Shown: in pieces, positions 11,822-25,292 of the stretch
How the letters are laid out: each line of letters opens with the position of its first letter
Numbering within the stretch: the stretch's first letter is position 1
Source of the DNA: Balanoglossus misakiensis
Lineage: Eukaryota > Animalia > Hemichordata
Assembly: GCA_040954595.2 (NCBI GenBank)
Contig: CM082587.2
Coordinates: forward strand, 2,920,175-2,984,174
Direction of reading: 5' to 3'
DNA length: 64,000 bases
Program-made: the position numbers and the translations under genes
Notes under the pieces: model-generated
Seen by the model: only the letters and a program-made list of their open reading frames with translations
Told to the model about the DNA's origin: nothing
Database searches by the model: none

Positions 11822-14800
11822 ATTACAATCCCTGACTGTTACTAAGAGCAAATGTCGGCCTTACCCGCTGTTATATACAAGCTGTGTGTTTCCACATGAG
11901 CACCACAACTGTTTCTGCTGTTCCAACACCAGAAGACAGGATACAGGATATGAACTGATTTGCAGAAACAAGACGTTGTTCCTAGAGGGCGCTGTCATGA
12001 CAGACTGCACATTCTGAAAACCAACCATGAGAAGAATTTTTTTATTAATTATCCCTGGTGACAGATGACTTAGGCTAGTGTGGTGTTCTTTTCGACCTCT
12101 ATACAAGGAACTGGGGTGAAAGGGTTATAGACACACTTACTTCAAAAACTGCCAGTGTACCATCAGCTAAGCCGACATAAATTGTTTTAGTGAAATAGTT
12201 GAAGGCAACACTGAGAACAGTGTCTCGCATTGGAACACACCATAATTCAGAACTGCAAATGAAAAAAATCATTGGTAAGAGAAAGTAACCAACCCTTGGA
12301 GAAGGTCAGAGGAGGTCACTGACATGCTTTGTGTTTACTACAAACACTATACCTACAGAGGGTTAGATGAGTGATGGTGAACACACAGATGAATTCAACA
12401 ATATCCCATGACTTGTTTTCCTCTGAAATATTAACTATCTGAAAACAAACAAGCCTTGAACTTACTTCTTATTGATACTCTGGGCCAGCTTGACTAACAG
12501 TGCTCAGCAAACTCAAACTAACAATTTTCAAAATAAGTAATAATTTGTTTATAAAAGAAATTTGATCATGATCTCCCCCTCTAACTGTATGACTTCTGAC
12601 ATCAAATCATAAACAATTTATGCAAATTGTGTGCCAACGCAGGTACACAACCAATTTTTGCAAATAGCTACACCGTTGATGAGTGCTCAAAAATGCACAT
12701 TTCACTTCTCATTACAGTGTTACAATTTAATGAGAAATTGACAAAACTCAGGATTTGGGACGCAGAGTTGACAAACAGACGTGCAAAACTTGATCGGATG
12801 TTATTAAGCAAACAAAGACAGGAAGCAACTGTGTCCATTTGATAACCTAGACAAGGCTAGGTCAGCCTGATGATAGCAGAATTCAAGGTTCAGTTCTGAT
12901 TTGTATAAATACGTCCAGTCTCTGCCCTGCAAAGTCTATTTTGCTAGAGGTTGGGGTACGGGTGACTTCAATTGGTTAGCAGCATGCTACGGCCAGGATC
13001 TGCAGCCCTGCTTTTTGCAGTGGCGCTTGCCTTGATTGCACTGGGGGTTGAGTCCAGGGATCGCACTCCCTGCAAGTACCTGGAGGACTTTCCCGATGGG
13101 GAGGAACGCGCGGGGTCAGACGTGGTGCAGAGCTGGCTGGCGGACAGGTGCAGGGACGATGTCTTGGCGGACGTGGTGAACTCGCTGGTGGATATAGTGG
13201 AGGCTTCCCTGGAGGGGAAAACTCGATGCCGCGGAGAGAAAGAGAAGCACGGACTTCACAGGCACCGGATCGGAAAACGGCAAGCGGATCCCAATGAAAC
13301 GGACAACGGGGAACCAGAAATGGGTGTCGAGGTGACGGAGAAACCCACCGAGGCCAAGCCGGCGCTTGACCTTGAACTTGACGAGGTGAGCGTGACGCGG
13401 CAACTGCACCACCTGAGGCAGTCCCTGAAACAGCTCCAAGGGCTGCAGGAAACCATCGACCGGCGTCAGGGAGCGCAGATACGGATACTGGAGAACCTGA
13501 TGGAAGACTCCATGCAGAGGAGCAATGATGAGTGGAAGCAGAAGATGGAGGAGTTCGAGAAGGCCATCGAGATCTGGGAAGCCGAGAAGTACGTGGTGCA
13601 ACAGGTACGGGAGCTGACTGCCGAGAAGGAGGAATTGAAAGACCAAGTCGGAAACATGGCCCAGGCGGTGGTGAGAATACAATCTTTCGTACTCAACTCC
13701 AAAAATAACTATGACGGCCTGAGAAAACAGGTGGCAGAGCTGGTGACGGCCAATCAGATGCTCCAGGACAAACTGAACGAAACGGCTGCAAGGCCTCAAC
13801 CAATCACGGAGGTTGTACGTCAGCATGAGGACCACGGACCACTGAATGAGCAGCTCGCGACGCTGCAGTCTCAAGTCCAGTCCACCATCGACATCACCAA
13901 CTTGCTGCAGAGCAACTACAATGAGTTGATGGAGAGGATACAGCCCATACAGAGCCTGATACGGGAGCTGGATGTCACCACCAGCATGATGCGGGATGAA
14001 AACTTCCAGCAGTTCAACAACATCAACGCTGCCATAAACGCTCTCCAAGGTAACCACGACGTCATAATCGGCGACGTCACACAGCTGAAGGAGCAGGTGC
14101 AAGGAGTGGTGGAGACGGCGGCCATGGCCAAGTCTGACATCGACATCTACCACGAAAGATTCAGCGACCTGGAGACGTCGCTCTCTGAACACCAACAACA
14201 GATGGAGGAAACGACTGAGGATGTACACAACGCACTGGGGAAAATCAACGACACCCTCGCCAACATCAAGGAGAGGGGCCTCTCCACGTTCAACGCCTTT
14301 CAGCAAAAACTGGAAACTCTTGAGAACAACACCCGTGACATGGACCATGTTGTCACACACCTAAGGAGGCAGGAAATCGCCTTCGAGGAAACCAACGAAG
14401 TCTTGGGAGCATCTCTGACCTGTCTCACCCAATCATCAGACCTGGATGGTAAGTCATGACACAAACTGACATCATTTAGACATTTTACCAAGGCATGACC
14501 CTTGCATGACCTTACATACATGTACTAGTATTTCTGTTTGATGAATGATCTGTAACAGTTGACAACTGAACTCTGAAGACGGAAAACACTTGGTAACATC
14601 CGTCCTTGGCCCTTATCACATTTCTCTATTTATAGGTGTCAATTGATGATTTTTCTGGGCATAGTATCCACAATGCATACATCAAATTTGAAAGAAAAAC
14701 AAAAACATAATTCTTTCAGGTTAAAGATCAAAGTCAAAGAAAGCTTGAACACATTCACATAAAATTTCTAAAAAAAATCTTGATTTCAACAGAACACCAG

Positions 14801-17800
14801 TGTTACTTAGCTGACTGCAGCCAACTGAGCAAATATGGCGGTGTCAAACAGAGTGGTGTCTACATAGTCCAGCCTGAAGGCAGCACCCCCATACGTGTGT
14901 GGTGCGACATGGAAACAGACGGTGGTGGGTGGACGGTGATCCAGAAGCGAGCTGATGGGTCAGTCGACTTCAAAAGAAACTGGACTGACTACAAAGAGGG
15001 TTTCGGCGACATTGCACACGAGCACTGGCTCGGTAACAAAAATATCCACGCCTTCACAAAGCAAGACAATTACGTTCTGCGAATCGACCTCTACGACTGG
15101 AAAGATAAAAGCCAATACGCCGAGTACAACACTTTCCGACTGGAAGACGAGGTGTACAACTACATGCTACAACTAGGATCTTACTCGGGAAGCGCCGGCG
15201 ACTCCATGGTCTACCACAACGGCATCGAGTTCAGCACCATGGACAGGGACAACGACAAGAGCCCGGCTGAGAATGCCGCCGAAAGATGGAAGGGAGGATG
15301 GTGGTATCGACGTGGCTACAACGCCAATCTGAACGGGCTGTACTACGTGAATGGGCCGTACACCAGCGTTGATGAGTGGACCGATGGCATCGTGTGGGAG
15401 AAATGGCACAGCTGGTGGTATTCTCTCAAGAGCACAGCCATGAAAATTCGACCACGGGACTTCCTCTACTAAATGCGCGTGTTTTACTTGCCATGAAACA
15501 GAGCTGAAATTATTTCCCTCAGGATAGCTAGGAAAATTATACTCAGACATTTTTCCTCAATACTCTGATCTGCAGTGCAGCCTTAGTATTCAGTTGCATC
15601 TCTAATCTGTACCCATTGTCAGATAAAGTATGTAATCCTTAGTCCTATTTCACTGATAATAGTTATTTACTCTTTTCGACATTAAATACAGCGATGATGT
15701 GTGCCTTGGAAACTCGGAGCAGAAGTCACAGAACCAGCAGTCAGCAGTAGCGATTATTTCTACCCAAAAAATGTAACTTTCTAATGTACATGTACATTAA
15801 CTTTCAAACAGCTGTATGTCCATAAACATCACACGTCATTACAACGCAAACACAATTTGACAGTCCTTGAACAGGGCAAATTTGCGGGGCACTGATATTC
15901 GTCTAAGATAAACAGCTTGTTTGTGTCAAATGCTAGTTCTGTATAACTGGGCGCAGTTTGTTCTGTTGTGGTCAAAGATTAACACTGAAGTTACAGTTTG
16001 ATTCTTGACCTGAGCACACAATCACTGCTGAAGGTTATACACTGCTGGCTGTCAATGGACTGGCGATCTCATTAACATTTTACATGTCAATATTTTGTTT
16101 ACTCATCCCTTTGAAATATGCTCGATGAAATAAACCTTAACATTTCCATAGGTTTACTTACTTAGTTTCTGTGCTGTAAGCATACAGATACCACGACAGC
16201 GTTCCAAGCAAAACCACTTCCTCGCTGACTGCGACCATACACATAACCCTGGAATCAAACTGTAAGAAAAAAAAATTGGCAAGTTCAAATGTTAAGACAC
16301 TTGTACCAGTGAAAGGAAACAAAAAGTGTAACAATGAGTAAAATCAACCTGAGAAGGCTAATCACAATTTACAAAACTACTCACCTGTATGGGGAGTTTC
16401 CTTTTACTTCCTTGATTGATGTTAACATCACAAACACAGGCTTCGTTCTGCCTGCCTTGACATATCCATATACAACCTGAATTTAACGATGTCAGAGGAT
16501 AAATTGGTCAAATTGTAGAAATTTCTGATTACAATATTGGTGAGTTATCTATCATGCTGTTGTATGGTAAGAGAAAACCGCCACAGACATGATTCAGTTT
16601 GAGTTGAACTTCCTACCTGGCTTATAGCCGGTAGCCCACTCCATGGACTGTGCATTCGTCTTCTCAAGCTGCTGTGCTGTCTGCCATAGTTTTTCTGCTT
16701 CTTCCAAATCTTGTCTCTCTTTCTCTCTCTCACCGAAGTGCTCTTTCAGCCTCTTCATGTGGCACTGCCTTCGCTTGCTGATGAAGTTCTCCTCCGGAAA
16801 TGGCTCTAAGCCTTCGTATGCAACCTGTGTGAGTGAAATGATCAGGCATGTACTGTGCTGTCCACAGTGAAAGTACTTGTACATGTACCAGACTACGTCA
16901 AACAGACAAATCAAAGAGTGTGAAGTCTAGATTCCACTCACGTTTACCAAACCTTCAACATCAAAGCTGAGCTTGGCTATCGACTTCATCTGCCTCATGA
17001 TGGAGATGGTATCAAACTCCTGCAGCAGTTTGTTTTCGTGGATCTTCATTATGGCCAGTGCATATCGGAACAAGACGATGGGGCCTTCCAGGAAAAAACA
17101 ATCCCAGATACGCAGCAAGGTCTGGGGCAAAAAAAGCAGATACAGTTTGAAACTGAGTTAAAGTATAGTACTATAATATGAATAAAAATAGATGGAGATG
17201 TGCAACTATACTCAGCTACATGTAAACTGGTAGTGGATTGACTTTAGCGTGTAACAACGTTCCCAGCACTTTATCTAAATAGTCAAGTTTTGAATGCCAA
17301 GTGACAACGATGTGGGAATAAATCAAGATTGTGAAAAACTCACTTCAAACGGCACACTGTCAAAGAAGACTGACATGAACCAGTTGAGAGTGATAGTGGA
17401 TAAATCAATCTCCACACTCGTGATATGTTGGTGCAGCTTTGGGAGTTTCTGTGCGACAAGTTCCTTGAGAACACACTGGTCGGTCTGGGCACCAATCAAC
17501 ATGCGGTCGAAGTAGTTGTCAGGGAAGAATTTCTCAACGATGGTGACCAGGCACCTGGTGGGAGAACAGAGTTGATGGAAGTGTCATTGGACAGTTCTGC
17601 AAAGACAGACCTATGGGCTGTAATTACAGCATTTAATATTGATAATGGATCACTGTATCTGCTGTATGATGTAAAAGATGCTATGTCTTACCAAAATGCC
17701 ATTTCAGCATCCATGTACAATAAACACGTTGCCACGATAAAATTCAGCCCTTGACAGTAACCTATTTCAGGATTATGGATGCAAAACGCCTTCAAGACTT

Positions 17801-20800
17801 CTTCCAGTTCAGAGATCTGTGAGGTTGCAGAAGATCATAGTGATTTGTTTTGAAGTGGATCTCTGGCATGCCACATTGGTCTATAGAGGGCACACTACCA
17901 CTGACACTGAGGATCAGCAGTCGGCAAATAGGACCAACAACAAACACATCAAGGGTCCTTCACACTGTAATTTCTCAAACACAACAGACGTGAATCATTC
18001 CACTGTCACTTGTGTCAAATAAGAGTATGAGAAGTCCCTGTTACAGAACACCCACCTTGTCAGACGAATCATCTTTGAAGTGGATATTTTGTGGCATGGT
18101 TCTCATCAGGTCCAGTTCTATCTGCCTCTGATACGACTTTGTAATGATACTGTCTTGGATCTGAGAGACTAGAGACTTGTAGTAACCTTCACCCTGTGAT
18201 CAGCGAGAAAATGAATCCAATGAATTTTGACAAAAAGTAGGATTTAGTAAAAAAAAAATCAGTGAATGCTGGATTGGTCAGAGGTCACTGCATATCGTTA
18301 GCTGACTAACCATACCTTAACAGCTCTGATGTCCTGTACATGATTTGATGCCAGCTTGGTCCAAACTTGTATTCTGTGTTCACTTGGGATGCCGTTTCGT
18401 ACCAGCTGCTGAACCTGGGGCTGTACAGTGTACAAAAGAATGTCAAATTAATTGCTGGACACAAAAATTATAATTTATTTGTCCACACGGACTGTTATGG
18501 TAACTTCATATATAGGTGTTCAAAATTCAAAAGCATTTAAAGGACTATTACTCACTGTATTATGTAAATCATTGCTGTGTTCTGTCAGAAATTTCTCCCA
18601 TTGCTTATGGTGATTCTGTTGTCCCTAAGTAAGAAAACAGATGATTATAGAATTATATAATTATAAATAATTATACTTTGGTCTTCATTTGGTGTGCCAT
18701 GATAGTATAAATACACACAGCTTTTTGGAAGTTGAACAGTTAAACAAATGAAATCTTCCAAAAAATATCCCACTATCTTTTCCCCACAGACAACTTACCT
18801 TCAGTTGTGCCACGTAATGTTGGTGCAGTATCTGACATAGATAATGCAGGGTTATGCCCTGGTTGCCGGGGGGATGAAGGAACCCGTACTGGTCTACGTG
18901 TCCTGAGCTGAGCACCGTCCTGTCAAGTTCATGAATAAACAGAGTTGCATAGTATGTATAATCAGGAACAGAGAGGGGGGTGCTGGTGCTTTATAGCTGT
19001 CTGACGAGGGAATGTGAAATTCCACTTAATGGCCGCTGACTGAAAAATTCCTGCGGTTAATGTCAAAACAGTATGTTACTATCTGTAGATAGAAAGTGTT
19101 TAATATGTACAGTACCTCGCATCTGGAAGTTTTGGATCAACCAGCCGACATTCTTCAAGCAACTCTGTTATCCGCGTTAAATGCTGACGTTGAAAGAAAA
19201 TTGCAAAATAGAAAGGGTGAATATTTTTTCACAGAACCTGGAACAAAGATAATTCATACCCCTAATGATATACACAAAATCAAAGCAACTTATCACTTAC
19301 CGTGCCTCCCCCGAACAATGACAGCTGTAATTCATGAGGTCCCTCACCAGTCGACACAGATATACTGCTTTGTAGCAAGAACACATAGTCTATCTTTAGC
19401 CTCTGGATTTCAGTTTCATAATCAACTATTTTCCTGAAATCAAACACATGTACACTACTTGTAACTTTGATAGGCATTCCTCAGTATATTTCACTGCAGT
19501 GGAATACAGATCAGTACATAAAAGAGGATTTGTTTGGTTGTCACTCACTTGTTTTTCTCTTCAATTTTCTTGGTGTCCTGCTGTTTGAGTTTGGACAGTT
19601 TTTGGATCTCATTGTTGAGGAAGACTGCATGATCTTGAAGTTCTCGACACTTGTCCTTTAGTTTCTGACCGTGGTTGTTGGCGTCACCCCCTCTGTCAAT
19701 GCAAATCATTGCGGTGTTTATGTGTACGGATCAAAGAACAATATGTGAATGGATGTTATATCAGCTGGGCTCAGCTTGGTTCAGCTCAGAACTACAAAGT
19801 TAATTTTTTTGTTGAATATTTTAAAATCGAAAAGTACAGAACATGATCACTGTAATCAACTTTACCTCTTTGAGTAATTCACACTTTCCATCAGATCAAT
19901 CTGTTCTGTCAGATCGATGATGGCTTGTTCTCTGGCCTCAAGCAGCTCTTTGTAAGCCAAGTCTCTCCGTTGATGTCGTTTCAGTTCTTTCTTGGTTGAG
20001 CTACAGATGACACAAACCAACAACGTTACATGCAAAGACACAGTACACATCAAAATTCAAACCTTCAGTATTGATACTGAGACAACTTAGAATTCTAAAA
20101 ATTGACCAAAATACTACAAAAATCCAGTTTTGAAGAAAACTGATTATGGACCAGGACATTCAACCAACGGTCAGTCTGATCACCAAATTCACTGTCACTC
20201 ACTCGAACTCTTCTTGCAGTTTCTTCATCTGAAGCTTGAGGGCGATGTTCTCATCTGCCACAGACAGCTTTCCTGAAATGATCACATAACCGTTGCCATG
20301 GTCCTCGCCACTTTTCTCCAACGTGTCAGCCTCAGCAGAGCTTGAACAAGACAGGCTGTCTCCATCAGAAATCATACTGCATTGGTGAAAATTGGTAAAA
20401 GTCCAAATTATTCACTTGTTATTTGGTTGGGTTTTCAATAGTGAGAATACATACATAATGATGATGTTTGTTACCACCATAATATTTGGCTTTTTTTGTA
20501 CAGCCATCATAACGCTTTTGAGCACTTGACTACCGGAATACATATATTTACAATAAACGGAACTTTTATGTTTGATGTATATGACAGTTTACCTTAGTCC
20601 AGAAAAAGAATCTATGGAGTGGCCATCTTGATCCTCGTTGGCAGTGTTAAATTTATGTTTTTTCTCATCTGTAAAAAAGAAAATTTAAACAGTTGAAGGT
20701 TTGCAATACTTCACAGAAATGCATTAATTGTCAAAAGATTGTAGACAATGGTGCAAATGTGGAGTATCAGGTGAAATGTAAGCTTGGCAGATAAAAATTA

Positions 20801-23313
20801 ATCATTATGTCATGTACGAACATGCACATATACTGATACTGTAACTGGGAAAAACAACTTTGATGCTGCGGAACGACAATGACCAGCTGACCGTGAACAT
20901 TGTCTGAAAACATTGTATGGAAATCTATGAGAAAATAGACAGTGTCATCTTTACAACTAGTGTGTACCTTGGTCAAGATATTTTTATGTACATTTACATG
21001 TTGCCTTGACTCACCTGTATTCATTGACTCTGAGTTTTCTTCTAACTCGTCTTCCGACTTGGCTTCGGCAGCGACCTCCACGCCCTCAGGAACAGACTGC
21101 AACATAAATGACAGAATTTTTCAAATTCACCACAAATTTTCACAGTGTTAGCAAAACATAACAATTGACATCATACGTCAGTCACTCCCACTAAAAGAAC
21201 ACAGAAAGTCAGTTCAGATAAGGTTTCTGTTGACAGGACAAGGTCATCAGATTTAATCACAGGCAGGTCAGTCTGCCATCTGCCATGTGAGTTTCAGAGT
21301 GACAGGCCAACCACTCTCACACGAACAATTCAATATATGGGCAGTCATATATTTTTGAAAATCTGGCAGGACATGTCATCAATACCCAGAGATGTGTGAA
21401 AAACAACTTCCTGGTCAGCAACCTGCAATTAGCTTTTGACGACGCTCTACAAATCAAGCCCACATGATGTAAACAGGTCTCACTTACAAATGGCTGATTT
21501 ATTACCGTATCACTCACCTTATTTTTCGCTTGATGTTTCCTGTACTGTTCCTCGTTAAAGTACTGCACTGTGTGTTTCTCGGCGAAAATATCCCTCTTTG
21601 CCTGTCGAAGCAGATGGAAATCGGACAGTTAAATCAGGTTGTAACTCTGCCTTTTTTAACATTCATCATCTGCATCAAATGAATGCTTTACACAGCTGAT
21701 CTAAAACCACAGACCTGAATTTTAAATTTTTACTCCTGTCAATCTTAATCACACTGTAATTAGAAATGATTCTCTTTTCATCCCTTCCTGATTGGAAGGA
21801 ATCACCTTCAAAATTTCAGACAAAAATGGCTGCCTGCCTGAACTTCTCTTACCTGCAGTGTATTCAACCAGTGCATCATACTGATGTGGCTTTCAGCTGT
21901 CAAAATATGCTCTTTATCTTCAGTGCTGAGTCAGAGAATGAGAAGAAACATAAAACAAAATCATTAACTCCTCATTACATATCATCCATATTCACAGGAA
22001 ATTGGAAAACCAATTGATTGAAAAAGCACAGGCTCGTGAGTGACCTTCCTTATTGTATGAAAGTCATTTGCACAAGATCATACATGTAACAGCTAGGGCA
22101 ATCTTGAGGTAATCCCACAAGGACAGTTTTGTTTAATTTGATGAGTTGAACAATTCATCACATTGTATGTACATCAGCTCTAATCGTCACAATGTGTGCA
22201 TCACCAGGCCAAAGTACAAGTTCATGAATGTAAGAATTGCTATATGAGCCACTGTACTTTGATATAATAATTAGTTTGGAACCTTTTTCAAATTTAAACT
22301 CAAATTAGCATCAACCACAGCATGTTACATGAACACGGATACATCGTGCATACAGAGAAGTAGTAAGGCAATATTTGATGTCCAGAGTACAAAGCGTTCT
22401 CTGTTTTCTAGAATGGGGACAAATAATTGCAATTTCCCGTTTTGTATATGCTCATCAAAGGAATGGTTTTGCTTCCTTGTTCCGTTGGAAGTGAAACAGA
22501 ACATTCAGAGTATACACTGTCTGTATACTCAATTTTCTGCACTTTTGTGCTGCCAGGGGCATTTTGAAGTGTGAGAAAATAAGCAGGTGTCTGCACCTGC
22601 TAATGACCATTCTCTCATCACCAATTTATCCTTTAAGGACAAATTGATGTCTTTAATGATTGTCAAGAATGTCAAGCAATATTATATCTCGTATAGAAGC
22701 AACGGAAAGTCTCAAAAGATGATCATATCTGGTGGCTTACCAGACACAAAACTGGTACTGCTGTTCTGGGTACAGGGTCAAGGCAGCTTTTCTTATGTTG
22801 ATGGCACCCAGTGGGGCGTGGTTGAAATCCATGTCTTGGTCTGTCTTGTAGAAGTACAGCTGACATGTGCTATCATCAAACACAAACCATAGTCTGCGTC
22901 TTTTTAATCGACCGAGAGCTGTTTCAGAGAGATGACAAAAACAAGTCTTAATTGAGACACCTTAAAATAATATCATGGTAAATTATTGGCAAATATGGCA
23001 ACTTCTTCCTGTGTGTTACTATGTGAATTAATCAGTAAAAAAAATATACTGGTAGCAAGATATCCACAGTAAACATTTCAGGACATATCCTTGCCAAAGC
23101 CATGACCAACCCTTATATAATAGTACCTGGTATTATGCAACTGGCTATGCCAACGCTCTATTACATGTAGATCTGTTGTATAGGAAATTAATATTTAATT
23201 AAAGGGGCAATTTACAATCCATGCTTAGTTCTTGTTGATATTGACATCAAAAGACTTCACTCACCTCCTTTGGGCTGGTGGTACAGGTAGCCCAATAGTT
23301 CGTTCTCCATCAT
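10463..23313 (-). CDS. TBC1D2-like Rab GTPase-activating protein: PH - coiled coil - TBC, plus C-terminal WD40-like propeller; about 25 exons
   Basis: Start MMENELLGYLYHQPKG (23313-23265). PH exons RRLWFVFDDSTCQLYFYK (~22919-22739) and MHWLNTLQ (~21853). TBC motifs VRNGIPSEHR, IELDLMRT (R finger, ~18100), GYCQGLNF (Q finger, ~17750) and LLRIWDCFFLEG. In-frame exons continue at ~16477-16385, 16260-16162, 12252-12141, 12013-11865, 11749-11556, 11464-10848, 10751-10659 and 10541-10463 (TAA). Confidence 0.85.
11789..11821. repeat. (CAT)n microsatellite in intron
   Basis: About 11 cat units. Confidence 0.9.
12905..12911 (+). promoter_or_regulatory. Candidate TATA box of the nested fibrinogen-like gene
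   Basis: tataaat about 75 nt upstream of ATG 12984; motif and position only. Confidence 0.45.
12984..15472 (+). CDS. Secreted coiled-coil + fibrinogen C-terminal domain protein (angiopoietin-like/FReD), 2 exons, nested antisense in the TBC gene intron
   Basis: Exon 1 (12984-14448) has signal peptide MLRPGSAALLFAVALALIALGVES and a long heptad coiled coil. A phase-1 GT-AG intron follows. Exon 2 (14793-15472) has FReD motifs VWCDMETDGGGWTVIQKR, HWLGN, FSTMDRDND, GGWWY and MKIRP. Confidence 0.92.
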
Positions 23314-25292
23314 CGCTCTCCGTTGATTAAATATCCCAAGAAACTCCGTGTTTTATTTTCCACTGATTCTGCGAAGGCGATCGGTTATCCTTTCGTCCCC
23401 TCGAAAATTGCATCATACATCCATCGACATTGTCATAGTCACATTACTTGCACATCATCCCGGTTACAACCAATATTATAAATACCCGTCCAGACAAGAC
23501 TGTCCTTCTTTCCACCCACTTCAACCAGTCCTTTCACATCGGCAGTCAAAGCATTGCGATCATATGGTCGATCGATGATGAGGTCGCGGTCACTATCACC
23601 AATAAATCCTCTTCATCCATCAAATCATTCCGATCGCGATTAGCTGATGGAAATCGCAATGATATTTCACCAGACTCCGATTTACAGTAAAAACTCACCA
23701 GTCTCTTTGAACACTTTCAGGTAGTGTTAAGGTTTTCCACCTGATCGAAGTGTTAGGGTTCCGGAAAACAGAACTTTATGTACCAGAAATGATGGATTGG
23801 GTTTCAAAACATCAATGATCACGATTTCGTGTCAGGTGACTGTGCAGGTGGTAGGTGGCCATTTCCGCTCAGGTCAGAGGTTACCAACGTTTCTGTTTCT
23901 TGTCGTATGGTGGCGCATTTAGTAAACAGCGACTTCGCATCACTTCGACTGAACTTGAAATATCGGTATACATTTGGAGCCCACCTCTTCAATGTGTGAC
24001 TGTAAAACATGCGTACAAACTCACCTTTCCGCCGAGAGTGTTTTTGTCCATCCCCGACAGAGAAAATGTAAAAATGAAAGTCCTGTTCTGACGGAGACGC
24101 AATAAATCTCCTGGCATTCTGATTCAATATGGCGGACATTACCAGTAATTTCAGTTTTCAGGCTTGTAAAAACGCTCATATTAAACTTCGCCGTTGCCTT
24201 TTGAAGACATTGAAAAAGCGCACATAAAACTTTAAAAAGTCGACAGACACAGGGCAGGTAAACCTATACGAAGTACTAGTATTTAGCGGCGACAAGGGGC
24301 GCTGCAATTCCTTGAGCGCTTTTTCTATGTAACTATGGTTATTTTCGATTTGGAAAGACATATATGACAGAGACTCTTCTGATAACGTTTCCATTAAAAT
24401 ACAGTAAGGAAACGATGATATAGTAAAAGTCTTTTCGGGATTTTTGACGTCAATTTCCGTTTCTACTCCTCGCAGTGCCACAACCGGAATCGCCTGGAGG
24501 AAAGTTTCGGAAAACAACTTGGAACATTATCAATATTTCCGATAATCAATGTACCGCCTCTGCAACGAAACACCTTCTGTATCGCTGATAGAAGTGATAC
24601 ACGTACAATAGCAATCAATCAAACCATCGCGATTTTTACAACTCCGCTTGTAATTACGGAATGTTAACAAAGCGTGTACATTAATACTAACTGTTGTTGG
24701 CTTGGGGCACTTACAAGTGGTTTTCAAGGTTAGAGAGAAGATAGAAACAGATGGAAAAGTCCTTCGAACTGGGTCAGGTAATTTTAAGCAAGGGGTGACA
24801 CCGTATTTTCACAAGAGCAACTGCACTGTATAACTATAAAGATCGCAAACGTTTGGGCGGTTGTGAAATCGGAATCAGTTTTAACTCCAGTGTTTTGGTG
24901 TTTTGCCCACCCTAGTCCCTAGTTACATTCAATAAGTATCCGTGTATATGCGCATTCTATTTCATCGTAAATAGGGCAAAGCACGGCTTGTGACCTTTAG
25001 GCCTCCGACAAGGCCGAAACATGCAAACTGAGTCACTGCACATGTGGTTCGGCCATTGCATTGTACTGCAAATTCAACTCAAAGCACAAGTGACTATTTT
25101 CCGCCTGTCTGACCAGCGACAAAACACTCTGTTTTGTGTTTTGTTTTTTCTTTTGACTATCTGACGTAACAGACCAGTGAAAATTGCTGTCACTTGTTCT
25201 TGGGGCGCCCCGGGAGTCCGGAGTGAGAGATGATGACAACAACACTGGGTTTGGACGTTTGCCAATGAATGAACGTAGTATAGCCAGAATCA

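Noticed and set aside
13116-14360. 414-aa antisense ORF
   Set aside because: Shadow of the codon-biased coiled-coil exon on the + strand; no recognisable motifs.
23819-24727. ORFs of 65-113 aa between the TBC gene and GDAP1
   Set aside because: No recognisable domain, codon bias or exon chain.
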